A stretch of DNA of 64,000 bases from Malacoraja senta (GCA_038087875.1 CM075996.1:6884001-6948000), one strand, 5' to 3'; numbered from the stretch's first letter, positions 45,593 to 60,318 are shown. Program-made: numbers and translations. Notes: generated from the sequence alone by a model not told the origin.

Positions 45593-48500
45593 CTATCAAA
45601 GAAAAAATGGGAAACTAATTAGGGGCGGCACGGTGGTGCAGCGGTGGAGAGCCAGAGACCCGGGTTCGATCCTGACTACGGGGGCTGTCTGTACGGAGTT
45701 TTACGTTCTCCCCGTGACCTGCGTGGGTTTTTCCGGGTTCTTCGGTTCCTTCCTGCACTCCAGAGACACAGGTTTGTAGGCTAATTGGCTTGGTATAATT
45801 GTAAATTGTGTCTAGTGTGTGCAGGATAGTGTCAGTGTGCGGGGTTCGCTGGTCAGCGGGAACTCGGTGGGCCGAAGGGCCTGTTTCTCTAAACTAAACT
45901 GGAAGCGGGAACCGAAGGAATGAATGAATGATGCTTTATTGTCACATGTCACAGTGATATTCTTTGTTTTGCGTAGCCAAGGGAATGCAAAGTGTCGCCA
46001 CATAAAGGGCACCGACAAAGTTACAAACTTCCATTCTACACAAACCAATTTAAACACATTCCATTTGTGGTCCCTCTTAGTTCTTGGTGGTCCCCACCAT
46101 GCCGGGTCCCTTTGTTCTCTCACCAGGACCACAACATCTGAGCAACACAGACGTGGATTAGGAGGCAGAATATGAAATGTAGGAACAAACTGAGTTTCTA
46201 TAGACCCTGACCATATCCTGTTCTTGATACCAAGATCTCATTTGGTCCCTTCTTGCTTTATCCACAAACTACGGGTGCTGTCCGTGTGGAGTTTGCACTC
46301 TCCCCTGTGACCATGTGTGTTTCCTCTGGGTGCTCTGGTTTCCCCGCACATCCCAAAGATGTGCAGGTTTGTAGGTTACATGGCTTCTGTAAATTGTCCC
46401 TAGTGTGCAGGATAGGAATAGTGTACTGGGTGCTCGCTGGTTGGCGTTGGAGTCAATGGGCCTGTAGCTCTAATGGCGGCAGTGGTGCAGCGGTAGAGTT
46501 GCCGCCTCGCAGCGCCAGAGACCCGGGTTCGATCCTGACTACGGGTGCTGTCTGTACGGAGTGTGTACTTTTTCCCCGTGACCTGCATGGGGTTTTTCCG
46601 GGTGCTCCGGTTTCCTCCCACACTACAAAGAAATACAGGTTTGTAGGCTAATTGGCTTCTGTAAAATTGCCCCAACTGTGGAGGGAGTGGGCGGCAAACC
46701 GGGATGACATAAACTCATGTGAACGGGTGATCGATGGTTGGCGTAGAGTCAATGGGCCTGTTTCTGTGCTGTAGCTTAGTCAAATTGTAAACTGTCCCTA
46801 GTGTGTGTGCAGGATAGTGTTAGTGTGCGGGGATCGCTGGTTGGTGCAGACCCGGTGGGCCAAAGGGCCTATTTCGACACTGTATCCCTAAACCAACTGA
46901 AACTAAAACCCATTCACATCAAAACCCACTCTTACCATGAAATTACCAGACTTCTTAAAGGGAAAGTCCATAGTCCTGATCTCCTCCTGCCATTTGCCCT
47001 GATGTCGGCTGTTGAGGGTTATAGTAAGTGGGTCGTCATCAAACCGAGGGTTAAAATGCAGAGCGAGGTTATCAGGATCCTGTCCAATATTAATTCGAAT
47101 CTGCAACTAAAGTAGATCAGACTTCATTAACCGCCTCCTCCACACAACACAAGAACTTGGTCTCAACCATTATCCGAAAAGCTCCAAGAACAGCGTCGCG
47201 GTGGCGCAGCGGTAGAGTTGCTGCCTCACAGCGTCACAGGCCCGGGTTTTGATCCCGACTACGGGTGCTGTCTGTATGGAGTTCGTACGTTCTCCCCGTG
47301 ACCTGCGTGGGTTTTCTCCGGGAGCCCCGGTTTCCTCCCACACTCCAAAGACGTACAGGTTTGTAGGTTAATTGGCTTGGGTAAAATTGTAAATTGTCCC
47401 TCGTGTATGTAGAATAGTGTTGTTGTGCGGGGATCGCTGGTCTCCGAGACCTTCGGTTACCTCCCACAATCTAAAGGTGTACAGGTTGGCCGGTTAATTA
47501 TTTGTTTAAATTTGCTTGGTATAAATGTAAAATTGTCCCGAGTGAGTGCGGGGATCGCTGGTCGGTGCGGACTCGGTGGGCTTAAGGGCCATTTCCGCGT
47601 TGTTGATCGAAAATTGTCCCTCGTGTATGTAGAATAGTGTTGTTGTGCGGGGATCGCTGGTCTCCGAGACCTTCGGTTACCTCCCACAATCTAAAGGTGT
47701 ACAGGTTGGCCGGTTAATTATTTGTTAATTCCCTTCTGGTTTGCATATCGGGCCAATAGATCTGTGGATGATGCAGTCAACCTGGGCCTGCACTTCATCC
47801 TACTGTTATAGACCGCCAGGGGACCTATGCGGGGATCCTGTTTGTTGATTTGAGCTCTGCATTCAACACCATTGTGCCAGAGCTACTACACTCCAAACTT
47901 TCCGAGTTGACTGTCCTTAACCCCTCTGTCAGTGGATCACCAGCTTCCTGACAGACAGGAAGCAGCATGTGAGGCTGGGAAAGCACATCTCGGACCCGCA
48001 AAGGCTCAGCATAGGAGCACCGCAAGGCTGCGTACTCTCTCCTCTCCACTACTCTCTCTACACCTACGACTGCACCTCCACGGACTCCTCTGTCAAGCTT
48101 CTCAAGTTTGCGGACGACACAACCCTGATTGGACTGATCCAGGATGGGGAGGAATCTGCCTACAGACAGGAAGTGACACAGCTGGCGTCCTGGTGCCGTC
48201 GCAACAACAATGCTCTTAAGACAGTGGAATTGATTGTAGACTTTAGGAGAGCTCCCCCTCCCCTCATCCCACTCACCATCAACAACACCACAGTCACATC
48301 TGTGGAGTTTTTTAAGTTCCTCGGAACCATCATCCCAAGGACCTTAAGTGGGGGCTACCATCGACTCCACAGTCAAAAAGGCACAACAGAGGATGTACTT
48401 CCTGCGGCAGCTGAGGAAGCACAATCTGCCGCAGGCAATGATGGTCCAATTCTATACGGCCATCGTAGAGTCTGTTCTCACCTTCTCCATCATGGTCTGG

Positions 48501-51500
48501 TTTGGCTCAGCCACCAAGCACGACACCTGGAGGCTGCAGCGAATCGTTCGATCAGCAGAGAAGATTATTGGCTGCAACCTTCCCTCTATTGATGAACTGT
48601 ACACTGCAAGGGCCAAGAAGCGAGCGGGCAAGATCATCTCTGACCCCTCTCACCCTGGCCACAAACTCTTTGAATCACTTACCTCTGGAAGGCGACTCCG
48701 GATTGTCAAAGCTGCCACAGCCAGACATAAAAACAGTTTTTATCCACGAGTAGTTGCTCTAGTCAACAGCCAAAAATCTGTAGCCTCCCTTTGATCTGGT
48801 ATTTTGTTGGTTCACATGCTTGATCAATGGTGTTTAATGTTTTATTATTATTAATGTTTAGTGTTTTCTGAGTCATTCGTAACTGTCACTGTATGTCATG
48901 TTGTTACTTGTGGGCAGAGCACCAAGGCAAATTCCTTGTATGTGAATACTTGGCCAATAAACTTACTTTAGTTTGCTTGGTATAAATGTAAAATTGTCCC
49001 AACTGAGTGCGGGGATCGCTGGTAGGTGCGGACTCGGTGGGCTGAAGGGCCTGTTTCCGTGCTGTAGCTCGAAAGCTCCAAGAACTATTTTGATGCAAAA
49101 TAGTTTTTAAACTGTCTGAGGCAGTGAGCACTTTGGCAAAAAAAAACACAACTGCTGGAGGCACTTGATTAGTTTAGTTTAGAGATACAGCACGGAAACA
49201 GGTCCTTCGGCCCACCGAGTCCACACCGACCGGCGATCCCTGCACACTAGCACTATCCTACACATACTAGGGACAATTTACATTTACACCAAGCTAATCA
49301 ACCTACGAACCTGTATGTCTTTGGAGTGTGAGAGAAAGGCGAAGATCTCAGAAAAAATCCACGCAGGTCACGGGGAGAACGTACAAACTCTGTACAGACA
49401 GCAGCCGTAGTCAGGATTGAACCCATGTTTCTGGTGCTGTGAGGTAACAGCTCTACCGCTGCGCCACCGTGCACCATAAAAACTTTAGATTTTAGCCTTA
49501 GTGCAAGGAAACAGCCCCTTCGGCCCACAGAGTCACCAATCACACCGTACACTCGCACTATCCTACACACAAGGGACAGCACACTACACACTAGGGATAG
49601 CAGGTACTATCGCAACGTTTAAGAAACATTTGGACAGGTACATGGATCGGATAGGTTTAGAGGGGTATGGGCCAAAAGCAGGCAGGTAGGACTAATTTAG
49701 ATGGGACTAGTTAGTCGCTGTGAGCAAGTTGGGCTGAAGGCCTGTTTCCACACTGTATGACTCTATTTTACAATTTACCGAAGCCAATTAACCTACAAAC
49801 CTGTATGTCTTTGGAGTGTGGAGGAAACCAGGAGCACCTGGAGAACACCCACGGGGACATGAGAAGAATGTACAAACTCTGTACAGACAGAACCCGTAGT
49901 CAGGATTAAACCATGGTCTCTGGCGCTGTAAGGCGGCAACTTTACCGCTGCGCCACCGTGCCGCACGTGGTATCGGGGGCAACAGCTGGCATTTGCCGAG
50001 TGCCGCTCTGCACAATCGTGGCAGTTTTCACAACCAAGTGACTATGGCTAACCAGGTTAATTCAGAGCCAAAACATACAATAACACGTCTTCATTAAACA
50101 AAAGGCATTTCCCAGATCCATGAGGCACAACAAGGCACTACACAGACACGAGGAAAAGCAGTGAGCTGTATCATAGTCATAGAGAGATACAGAGTGGATA
50201 TAGGTCCTTCAGCCCAACTTGCCCACACCGACCAACATGCCCCATCTACACTATAATATAATTCCAGAATTTACACAATATAAATTAATAATTGGAGGAG
50301 ATTTCAATTGTACATTAGACTCTTATTTAGATAGATCATCAAGGCAAAAAAAAGTAAAATCTCAATCAAGTGTATTTTTAAATTCATTTATTAATACCAC
50401 TAATATTAAGGATGTCTGGAGAATAGAAAACCCAACTGGACGGGAATACTCATTTTACTCACCAGTACATAAAACATACTCAAGAATAGATTATTTTTTA
50501 GTTGACTCCACGTTTATCCCATTTACTTATAACTCAAAATACCATAATATTATAATCTCAGACCACGCACCTGTAACATTTATGATTAAATTAAATGGAA
50601 TGTCCGAGAAACAAAACATATTGGAGATTTAACCCACAAATATTGAATGAAAGATCATGTCAGGAATATCTTATTAAACAGATTCAAACATTTTTCGAGG
50701 CAAATGACAACCTGACACATCTGTTTCTCTTATTTGGGAAACATTTAAAGCGTTTGTCCGAGGCGCATTAATTTCTGCCCAAGTATTTTATAACAAAGAG
50801 AACCGGATAAAACAACAAACACTGGAAAGGGAAATAAAGCAACTAGATATAGAAAATGCGAGAATGCCATCTACGTTAAACATAATAAAATTGCTGTACT
50901 GAAATATAAACTAAACAAAATGTATTCAGAACAAGTAATAAAACTTTATCAACGTACTAAACAATTACATTTTGAGTTTGGAGACAAACCACAAAAACTA
51001 TTAGCACGTCAGCTACGAAAAATGGAGGGGGAAAAAATAATTCATAAAATTAGAGCAGATACAGGAGGAATTATTAAAATTGCCCAAGGATATAAACGAG
51101 AGATTTCTCCAATACTATCATAATCTTTACTCAACTAAAACTAGTACAACCAGAAGGAATAGCATTACAAAAATGTAATTTAAAAGGTTTAGATTCAAAA
51201 GAATTATTAGAAGCAGAGATTACGATAAAAGATATTGAAGAGTCTATTGGATCTTTAAAAAATGGTAAAGCAGTAGGACCAGATGGTTTAGGCTCTGATG
51301 AATTCTATAAAAAAAATTATGATTTGCTTTCTCCACGTTTACAAATGCTGTATGAACATATTTATACTCAACAGAAACTTCCAGATACCTTAAATGAATC
51401 TATAATAACACTTATTCCTAAAGCTGATAAGGATCCGGAAGATCCAGGATCATATAGAGCAATTGCACTTTTAAATACAGATCAGAAAATACTAACCAAA

Positions 51501-54500
51501 ATTTTAGCGCACAGATTAAGTACAGTGATGAATAAACTAATACACCCTGACCAAACAGGTTTTATTCAGAAGTGGTATTCATATTACAATCTAAGAAGAT
51601 TATTTAATATAGTATATTCAAAGAGAAATATTAATGAAGATCTAGCAATAATCTCACTCGATGCTGAAAAAGCTTTTGATCAGGTGGAATGGCCCTATTT
51701 ATTTTCGGTGATGGAAAAATTGCAGCTGGGCGAGAAATTTTGTGCATGGATAAAACTTATATACCAACCCTACGGCTAGAATATTAACAAACCAAAGGTT
51801 ATCATCTAAATTTAACCTATCTAGAGGTTGTAGACAAGGATGCCCGTTGTCTCCATTATTATTTGCGCTTGTTATAGAGCCACTCGCAGAAAGAGTTAGG
51901 ACCCATCCGGAAATATATGGGTATAACACAAAGGATACAGTGAATAAAATTTCTTTATACGCAGATGATGTATTAATTTACATTACAAAACCAGAAATTA
52001 GTATTCCAAATGTATTAAAGCTAATAACCCAATTTGGTTCACTCTCAGGATACAGAATAAATTGGAATAAAAGTGAAATTATGCCAATAAGGGAACATAA
52101 TAAACATATAATACAACAATTTCCATTTAAAATAGTAAATGAAATATTCAAATACCTAGGCATTTATGTTACTAAGACATATACATCATTATTTAAAGCA
52201 AACTTTCCCCCATTACTGAATAAACTACATAAGAATATTCAGTATTGGAAAACACTTCCTATCTCAATGGTTGGCAAAATTAATGCCATAAAAATGATTT
52301 TCTTACCGCAAATATTATACCTTTTTCAAACAATTCCGATATACTTGTCAAAAAACTTTTAAAAAAAGTTAGATTCCATTGTCAGTGACTTTATCTGGGA
52401 TTATAAGAATCATAGGATAAGCAAAAAACATCTGTGCAAATCAAAAATAAATGGAGGTTTGGTTTTACCAAACTTTTTTTCTTTTTGGGCAGTTAACATT
52501 AAAAATATGAATTTTTGGTTGGAAGAAATAGATCAACAACCAGATTGGTTAAAAATGGAAAAGGAAGATTGCTCACCTTTTGAAATCGGCTCGATACTAT
52601 TTGCTACTTCCAAATTAAATAACAAAATTTATAGGGAAAATCCGATAATATATAGTACCATGCGAATTTGGAAACAATTAAAAAATACATTAAAACTAGA
52701 TAATTTATCACTTTTTCTTCCAATTGCGAATAACCCTTTGTTTAAGCCCTCATGGTTGGACAAAGGTTTCACACAATGGAAAAACTATGGAATTAAAAAG
52801 ATGGGACAACTTTATAAGGAAGGCACTTTTCTTTCATTTCAGGAGTTGCAACAGACTTATGGACTTCAAGTAAATGATTTTTTCAGATATCTTCAACTTA
52901 GAGATTACGTAAAAGCAAATACTCGAAATTTTAGAATTAGAAATTCAGAAATTTTTGACGACTGTTGGAATAAACATCCTAATACTGAAAAACTAATATC
53001 TTATATATATAATATTTTATTAGACAGTGATATTCCATTGACGGACTTACACAGACAAACTTGGGAAAAAGAACTAAATCAAATAATAACGAAAGATACT
53101 TGGGAAGAAAGTTTACAACACATACATCAATGTTCATTAAATGCCAGACATTCTCTAATACAATTCAAAGTAATACATAGGTTACATTATTCTAAAACAA
53201 AATTAAATGAAATCTTCCCACATATCTCACCAATATGTGATAAATGTCAACATTTAGAAGCTAACTTATCTCATATGTTTGCAAATTGCATAAAAATTAA
53301 AAATTTCTGGGTAAATATTTTCACAATAATATCTAAAGTGACTAGCATTCAATTGGACCCGGATCCAAAATTAATAATACTTGGAACATTAGAACTAAAT
53401 CAAACATTTACATCAACTCAAAGAAACTTTATTGATTATAGTATAATAACTGGGAAAAAATTAATTCTAAAATTTTGGAAAGGCCCTATAACCCCCACAA
53501 TTAAAATGTGGATTACAGAAATGACAGAGACCTTAAACTTGGAAAGAATTAGACTTGTCCTGTTGGACAAACAGGAACTATTCGTCGGAACATGGTCTCC
53601 CTTTATTGACTATTTAAAGGGTCAGAATGGTTCAGCACGAGAACCTGACTAACACCCGTGCCAAGGAATAGATGAAATGTTATACTCTGAAATGTACGAA
53701 TATATCTCGAATTAAATTTTTTATCGTAGTAAATTATTCCATTCTTCTTTATTATCTTTCTTTTTTTTTTTTTTTTTGTTTCTTCTCTTTTTTCTCTTTC
53801 CTTATTTCATCTATCTTTTTAGTTCTATTTAGTTGTTTTTTTTTAAATGAAAAAAGTATTGGAGACATTGTAATAATAATGGACGATATCAGTAATTTAA
53901 AAATGTAAGACTGGTATCGATTTTAATATGATATGTATTTACCTCCAATAAAAAATAATTTCAAAAAGAAAAAAAAAGAAAACGAGATCAAAAAAGTAAG
54001 CGCCATCTAGTGTTCAATGGTCATATTACTCCGTGGGGAGCCTAATTCCGTGCTGCTGTCTATTTAAACCATATATTATACCATATATATAACATGACGT
54101 GAATATGACTAGATTTAGTAGCACTCACTGGCGGGCCGACAGCCCGACCGATCCTTCACAGCATCCACCGGCGGGCCAACAGCCCGACCGACCGACTGAT
54201 CGACTGACTGACCGACTGATTGTCCGACCGACTGACAGACCGAACGACTGACTGACTGACTGACACTAATCCTAATCCTAACCCTAGCTCTACATTTTTA
54301 TTTATCATTTTTATTTAACAGTTCACATCATAACCTTACAAAGATAAATCAATTGTAAAACCAAATTATCAGCAAGGTTAGCATTACCTTTATTCCTTGG
54401 AAACCTTGTTATTGTTTTGATGTAATTAGGAGGCAGCCATGATGCCAGAGTGCTCGCTCCCTAGCTACCATGAAACAAAGCGCGTGATTGGTCAATTGGC

Positions 54501-57500
54501 GTCTGACGCAATGTTAAACGTGCATTGTATGGACAATTACTACTCGGAAAATTTGAGGTTTTTCTCATATTTTAAAAATATGTGCAGGTTTTGTTCTTGA
54601 CGAGTTTCAGGTATGATTTCTATAATATTATTACACAATATGTTAAAAATTCAGATAGTTACGTATTTGGGTCACGAACTTAAACGAAAAAGCACCTCGG
54701 CCCACAGCCAAGATCTATTCCTCTCATGATTTTATACTCCTCTATAAGATCACCCCTCATCCTCCCTCCTGCGCTGTCCCAGCCTGCTCAACCTCTCCCT
54801 ATAGCTCACACCCTCTGGTCCTGGCAACATCCTTGTAAATCTTCTCTGCACCTTTCCAGCTTGGCAACATCTTTCCTATAACACTGCGCCCAGAACTGAA
54901 CACAGTGCTCTAAATGCGGCCTCACCAACTACGTTGCAGAAATTTGCCCGGACAGAATTCAAAAACAGAGGAACAAAACAGAAGTCGCTCTCACTGAATT
55001 ATGTGAAAAGAAAATCCTCATTTAAAGATGTTAATTGATTTTTCCCTCCGCCCGTGTTCATTGGCACTCGTGCAGAAGATGCGATGTCACGTTGCGGAAA
55101 GTCGAGATGCAGATCATCCTTTGGAACGCAATGCCCCCTAACACGAGGGGTCACGTGTATCATAGGGGAAGGATTAGTTTAGCTTAGTTTAGAGATACAG
55201 CACGGAAACAGGCCCTTCAGCCATCGACTCCGCGCAGACCGGCGATCCCCGCACACACTCAACACTATCCTACGCACACTAGGGACAATTTACCATTTTT
55301 TAAAACCAAATCCAATTAACCTACAAACCTGCACGTCTTTGGAGTGCGGGAGGAAACCGGAGCACCCGGAGATAACCCACACAGGTCACGGGAGAACGTA
55401 CAAATTCCAAACCGCGGTACCCCATGGTCAGGATCAAACCTGGATCTCTGGTGCTGTGAGGCCATAACTGTTCCGCTGGGCCACCGTGCTGGTTGTTCAG
55501 AGGAGAATTGGTCAGGGCAAGGCTAGAGACGGAGGCCGCAGGTATCTGCTGTGGGTGCGGGGGAGGGGGTGTGGGCATCGGAAGTCTGGCATCGCTGGAG
55601 TTGGCAGGACGGGGAGGGACAAACATAGACAATAGGTGCACAAGTAGGCCATTTGGCCCTTCAAGCCAGCACTGACATTCTTTATTCAATATGATCATGG
55701 CTGATTATCCAAAATCAATACTCCGTTCCTGCTTTCACCTCATATTCTTTCATTCCTTTAGCTCTAAGAGCTAAATCTAACTCATGGGGAACATTTCTCC
55801 TACATCTAGCCTGTCCAAGGAGGAAAACAGAATGATGATTCATCTCTTACCTCGACGACCCTTCTCTGACCTTTACTTGGACTTCTAGAGAGCCACGAGG
55901 TACCAGTATCAAATCATGTATTGCCAGGTCCTGTGGGAAAGGAAAAACTTTCTGCGATGGCAATATTAACATAGAAACATAGAAAATAGATGCAGGTGTA
56001 GGCCATTCGGCCCATCGAGCCAGCACCACCATTCAATATCATCATGGCTGATCATCCAAAATCAGTACCCGTTCCTGCTTTTCCCCCATATCCTTTGATT
56101 CCGTTAGTACTAAGACTTATATCTAACTCTCTCTTGAAAACATCCAGTGAATTGGCCTCCACTGCCTTCTGCGGCAGAGAATTCCACAGATTCACAACTC
56201 TCTGGGTGAAAATGTTTTACCTCAGCTCAGTCCTAAATGGCCTACCCCTTATTCTTAAACTGTGACCCCTGGTTCTCGACTTCCCCCAACATCGGGAACA
56301 TTTTTCCTGCATCTAGCCCAAGGGTGTCAAACTCGTTTTAGGCCACGGGGGCCGGATTGGGCAAAACGCAACTTCATGAGGGCCGGATCAGTTGTGAACG
56401 CACGCTCCCACAGCTTTCGTTGCCTTCGTTTTTTCAACCTGCTCTCATGTCTCTCAGTACCTGCTATAACTACAAAGTGTTTCACTTTACGAATTTTGTT
56501 TCTTATGAAGTAGATTGCCAAGCAAGCATTATTTTTATGATTGGTATTAACTTACAGTCGTAGGCTACAAGAAAGTTGTGATGAGAGAAAAAACAATGCT
56601 ATTTTGGCTAAGATTGTTTTAGGGAGCCACACCCTTTCCATTAATAAACCATTTGAAATCGAACATTAGCAGGCACAAATGTAGACCTAACGAAACAAAT
56701 TGTAAATGTAGGCTACACAACTGCACCTAATTTTTATTAGCCTGCTTCCAGCAACCGCTCAGACAATGAACACAGTTAGCCTTTAATTTTTATTGAAGTG
56801 ATCACATTTACAGTAATAGAATATTCAGAATATGAATAAATCACAATATTATGACTCAATATTTCATAATGAATTTTACTTACATGTCTCAGTGCATCGA
56901 ACAGTGTCACTCATTTTTCACTTGCTGCTTCCAGACGCCTGACATCTCTTGGCTATAACCGTAAGCCCCCCTCGGTCATGACTGACCATGGGTGATGCAT
57001 CCTAGTTGTTGGCTGCTTGCTCCAAACCTCGGCAAGAGCAGCATCGCTTGTGGCTGTCATCGTTATCCAGACATTCCAAGTTCCCAGTTTTAGAGCTGGT
57101 CTCTTTTGTTGTCAGGTACGAAGGTTGCTATCTGCTGTTGGGATGGTTCCTAATCCCCGTGCACCCAGTGAGGAGAGCAGACTGTGGCGGGACAGCACCT
57201 TATTGGCTGGCGGCTGCCCAGCTTGAGGTGAGTGGTAGCTGTCCAGTGAGATCCGAAAATCCCTCCCACCGTCGGGAGCAACCCCTGGCGCCTCGCTTTA
57301 TGCCAATCTAGCAATGACTTATAACCGGTAACTGTTGCTCCCCGTGTTATGGCAAAGCTGGAGTGTCCTCTCCAGGTTGTAGGTGTAGGTTTGCAGGTGA
57401 GTGATGTGTGGTCGGATGCAACCCTGGGAATGTCATATGGAGGACAGGCTGTTGCCCATGCAGCCATTTCCAGGTTGCTGATCAATCCAAAAGAACAGCA

Positions 57501-60318
57501 GGACCGGTACAGTTTGGCACCAGCGCCGTCGCAGGAGCCTTAGGGACTCCGACCGGATTTTTCTTGAGGGTTACTCCAGGAGCCTCAAGGCCACAGTGGA
57601 GGTTTTAAATCAGAGTTTTCCCTCTCCTAGATGGGCTGATGAGCCCCATCTGCCCGAGACTCGTGGGGGCGGGAGCATCTACCTTCCTGTGCAGGTCTAT
57701 AGCACCTGCCCACTGCGCATCCAGCTTTAACCAGCCTGTCAACATCAGGGGCCAGTTTCTGGACAGTTGTGATTTTCATAATGTCATTTCGATGTCTGTG
57801 AGTCAGCTGCGAGCGCAGTTTGCATTTGTTAATGTTCATTATGGAGAGGTGCCTTGTCTGGGGGCTCTGGTCTGGGGGGAGGGGGTGTCTGGTCTGGGGG
57901 GTGTGTCTGGTCTGGGGAGCTGTCTGGTCTGGGGGGTGTCTGATCTGGGGGGGTGTCTGGTTTGGAGGGGAGGGGAGTGTCTGGTCTGGGGGGGTGAGCG
58001 GGTGTCTAGTCTGGGGGGAGGGGGGTTGTCTGGTCTGGTGGGGTGTCTGGCCTGGGGGGGTGTCTGGCCTGGGGGGTGGGGGAGTGGTCAGAGCTGGGGG
58101 AGGGTGTGTCTGGTTTGGAGGGGGGTGCCCGTCTGGGGGGATGAGCGGGTGTCTGGTCTGGGGAAGTGTTGGGTCTGGATTGTGTCTGATCTGGGGGTGT
58201 CTGGTCTGGGGGGGGGGGTATCTGGTCTGGGGAGGAGGAGGTGCCTGGTCTGTGGGGGAGGAGGTGTCTGGTCTGTGGGGGAGAGGGTTTCTGGTCTGGG
58301 TAGTCGTTAAATCCAGGCGACGCCTCACCTGCCGGCAGGCGGTGTCCAGAGGGACATTGTGCTCTGTCCTGAGGGTCGGGAGCAGCCGACATCAGCGCAG
58401 TGAGGAGGCAGCCGCCGCTGGTGATGATGAGCCATGGCGCTGGTAGCGTCCATGCGGCGCCGGGGGAAGGGGGGGAGGGGGAACTGGGTCTCTGCACATC
58501 CCTCTGCAATTGGATCCTCGACTTCCTCATTCACAGACCATAGTCTGTTCGAATTGGAGGAACCACTTCATCCTCAGTAACAATGAGTACAGGAGCTCCC
58601 TGCTATAATCACTCTATACTCATGACTGCGTAGCCGGTCATAGTGCGAACTCCATCATCAAGTTTGCCGACGACACCACTGTGGTTGGACGAATTACAGA
58701 TGGGGACGAGTCAGAGTATAGAAGTGAGATCGACCGACTGACCAAATGCTGCCAGCACAACAACCTGGCTCTCAACATCAGTAAGACCAAGGAACTGATT
58801 GTGGACTTTGGTAAGGGAAGGATGAGGACCCACAATCCTGTTTATATCAACGGAACGATGGTGGAAAGGGTCAATACCTTCAAATTCCTGGGCGTGCATA
58901 TTTCCGAAGATCTTTCCTGGACCCAGCACACCGATGCAATTATAAAGAAGGCACATCAGCGACTCTACTTCCTGAGAAGATTACGGAGATTCGGTATGTC
59001 AAAGAGGATTCTCCTAAACCTCTACAGGTGCACAGTAGAGAGCATTCTGACTGGTTGCATCGTGGCCTGGTTCGGCAAGTTGAACGTCCAGGAGCGAAAA
59101 AGACTACAAAAAGTTGTGACCACTGCCCAGTCCATCACCGGCTTTGACCTCCCCACCGTCGAAGGGATCTATTGTAGTCGCTGCCTCAAAAAGGCAGCCA
59201 AAATCATCAAGGACCCACACCATCCTGGCTACGCACTCATCTCACCATTGCCATCAGGAAGAAGGTACAGGAGCCTGAGGACTGTAACGTCCAGGTTCAG
59301 GAACAGCTTCTACCCTACAGCCATCAGGCTATTATCCACAACAACGAATAAGCTCTGAACTGCAAAAGACTATATTATTATTTGTTATTTGCACTATATT
59401 TGTTATTTATTGAACTTTTTCTTTTTTTCTCTTCCCCCGTTATGTACTATGTTTACATATTCACATATTCTGTTGTGCTGCAGCAGTAAGAATTTCATTG
59501 TCCCGTCTGGGACATATGACAATAATAGACTCTTGACTCTTCAGACTGATTCAGACACAGAAGAAGGTTCCCGACCCATAACATTACCTATCCATGTTCT
59601 CCGGAGAGGAAGAAAAGTCTCGACTAGAAACACCACCAATTCCTGTTCTCCAGAAAGGCCTTCACGCAACCCAACCACCCTTCTATTGATTCCATTTATA
59701 CCCCTCACGCTGCCTCAACAAGCCCAGCAGCATAATCATGGATTAGTCGCACCCTGGCCACTCCCTGTTCTCCCCTCTCCCATCAGGCAAAAGGTATAGA
59801 AGTGTGAAAATACACACCTCCACATTCAGGGACAGTTTCTTCCCAACAGTTATCAGGCAACTGAATCATCCTACCACAACCAGAGAGCAGTGCTGAACCT
59901 CTTTGATGTCCCTCGGACAATCCTTGACCGGACTTTGCTGGCTTTACCTTTGCACCAAACGTTATTCCCTTATCATGTATCTACAATATTCAATAGATTG
60001 ATTGTAATCATGTATTGCCTTTATGCTGGCAACTAAAAAGCTTTTCACTATATCTCGGTACACGTGACAATAAACTAAACTGAAACTGAACTCTGATGCA
60101 CATCAAGTTCTTTACCACGGATTGCCAGCACTGAGGGAGCTGCTGAGGTAAAACATCTTCTGCAAGTTAAAAGCTTTGGATAAGAAGTTTAAAAAATGGG
60201 TTCAAGCGAGCTGGCGGATGATTCAATGAGGCAATAATTCATCACAAGTTACAGCACAGTTGAATGAAGCTGGTGGGAACTCAATACTCACCGTGTCCAT
60301 GGTGGTATCTGGATCCAT
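45443..60318 (-). CDS. Prototype galectin (galectin-1/2-like), copy B, about 134-140 aa
   Basis: Exons 60292-60318, 55851-55930, 46936-47100, 45443-45592, all GT-AG; only lesion is one missing base near 47093. Confidence 0.88.
46936..47100 (-). CDS. Galectin copy B carbohydrate-binding exon, one base short
   Basis: HFNPRF and WQEEIR; 165 nt versus 166 in copy A. Confidence 0.9.
47391..47727 (+). repeat. Local tandem duplication, period about 220 nt
   Basis: 47391-47507 repeats at 47611-47727. Confidence 0.8.
47728..48968 (+). mobile_element. Rex1/Babar-like LINE, 5'-truncated RT, present only in duplicate B
   Basis: GAPQGCVLSP..KLLKFADDTT..KTVELIVDFR; aataaa tail; splits ttatttgtt(t)aa|tttgcttgg seen intact near 29825. 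Confidence 0.85.
50250..53981 (+). mobile_element. LINE-1 (L1 clade) ORF2, 5'-truncated, frameshifted, with poly(A) tail
   Basis: Endonuclease GGDFN, YSRIDYF, SDH; RT LDAEKAFD, RQGCP, YADD; Cys-rich C-terminus; stop 53652; aataaa and A-rich tail. Confidence 0.95.
55851..55930 (-). CDS. Galectin copy B exon 2 (DLAIHDLILVPRGSLEVQVKVREGSSR)
   Basis: 80 nt, phase 0-2. Confidence 0.85.
56319..56545 (+). mobile_element. hAT/Charlie-like MITE end; inverted copy at 36405-36658
   Basis: caagggtgtcaaactc..gggggccgg terminal motif. Confidence 0.55.
56961..57723 (-). mobile_element. Non-autonomous (RTE-like) retroelement with 9-bp TSD GCT(A/T)TAACC
   Basis: Absent from the paralogous site at 35931-35945; TSD at 56952-56960 and 57724-57732. 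Confidence 0.75.
57857..58300. repeat. G-rich degenerate minisatellite (gtgtctggtctggggg), inverted paralog of 34655-35762
   Basis: Tandem units with the same flanks in reverse complement. Confidence 0.9.
58590..59540 (+). mobile_element. Rex1/Babar-like LINE 3' part
   Basis: IIKFADDTTVVGRI..NNLALNISKTKELIVDF..FKFLGVHI; (gactctt)n tail. Confidence 0.85.
60292..60318 (-). CDS. Galectin copy B start exon (MDPDTTMDT; exon spans 60292-60361 if the upstream acceptor is used)
   Basis: Acceptor ctgccgcag, accATGG, donor ACG|gtgagt in phase 0. Confidence 0.75.

Noticed and set aside
56884..56914. MSDTVRCTET exon as the galectin start exon
   Set aside because: Ends in phase 1 and cannot join the phase-0 exon 2; 60292-60318 fits instead
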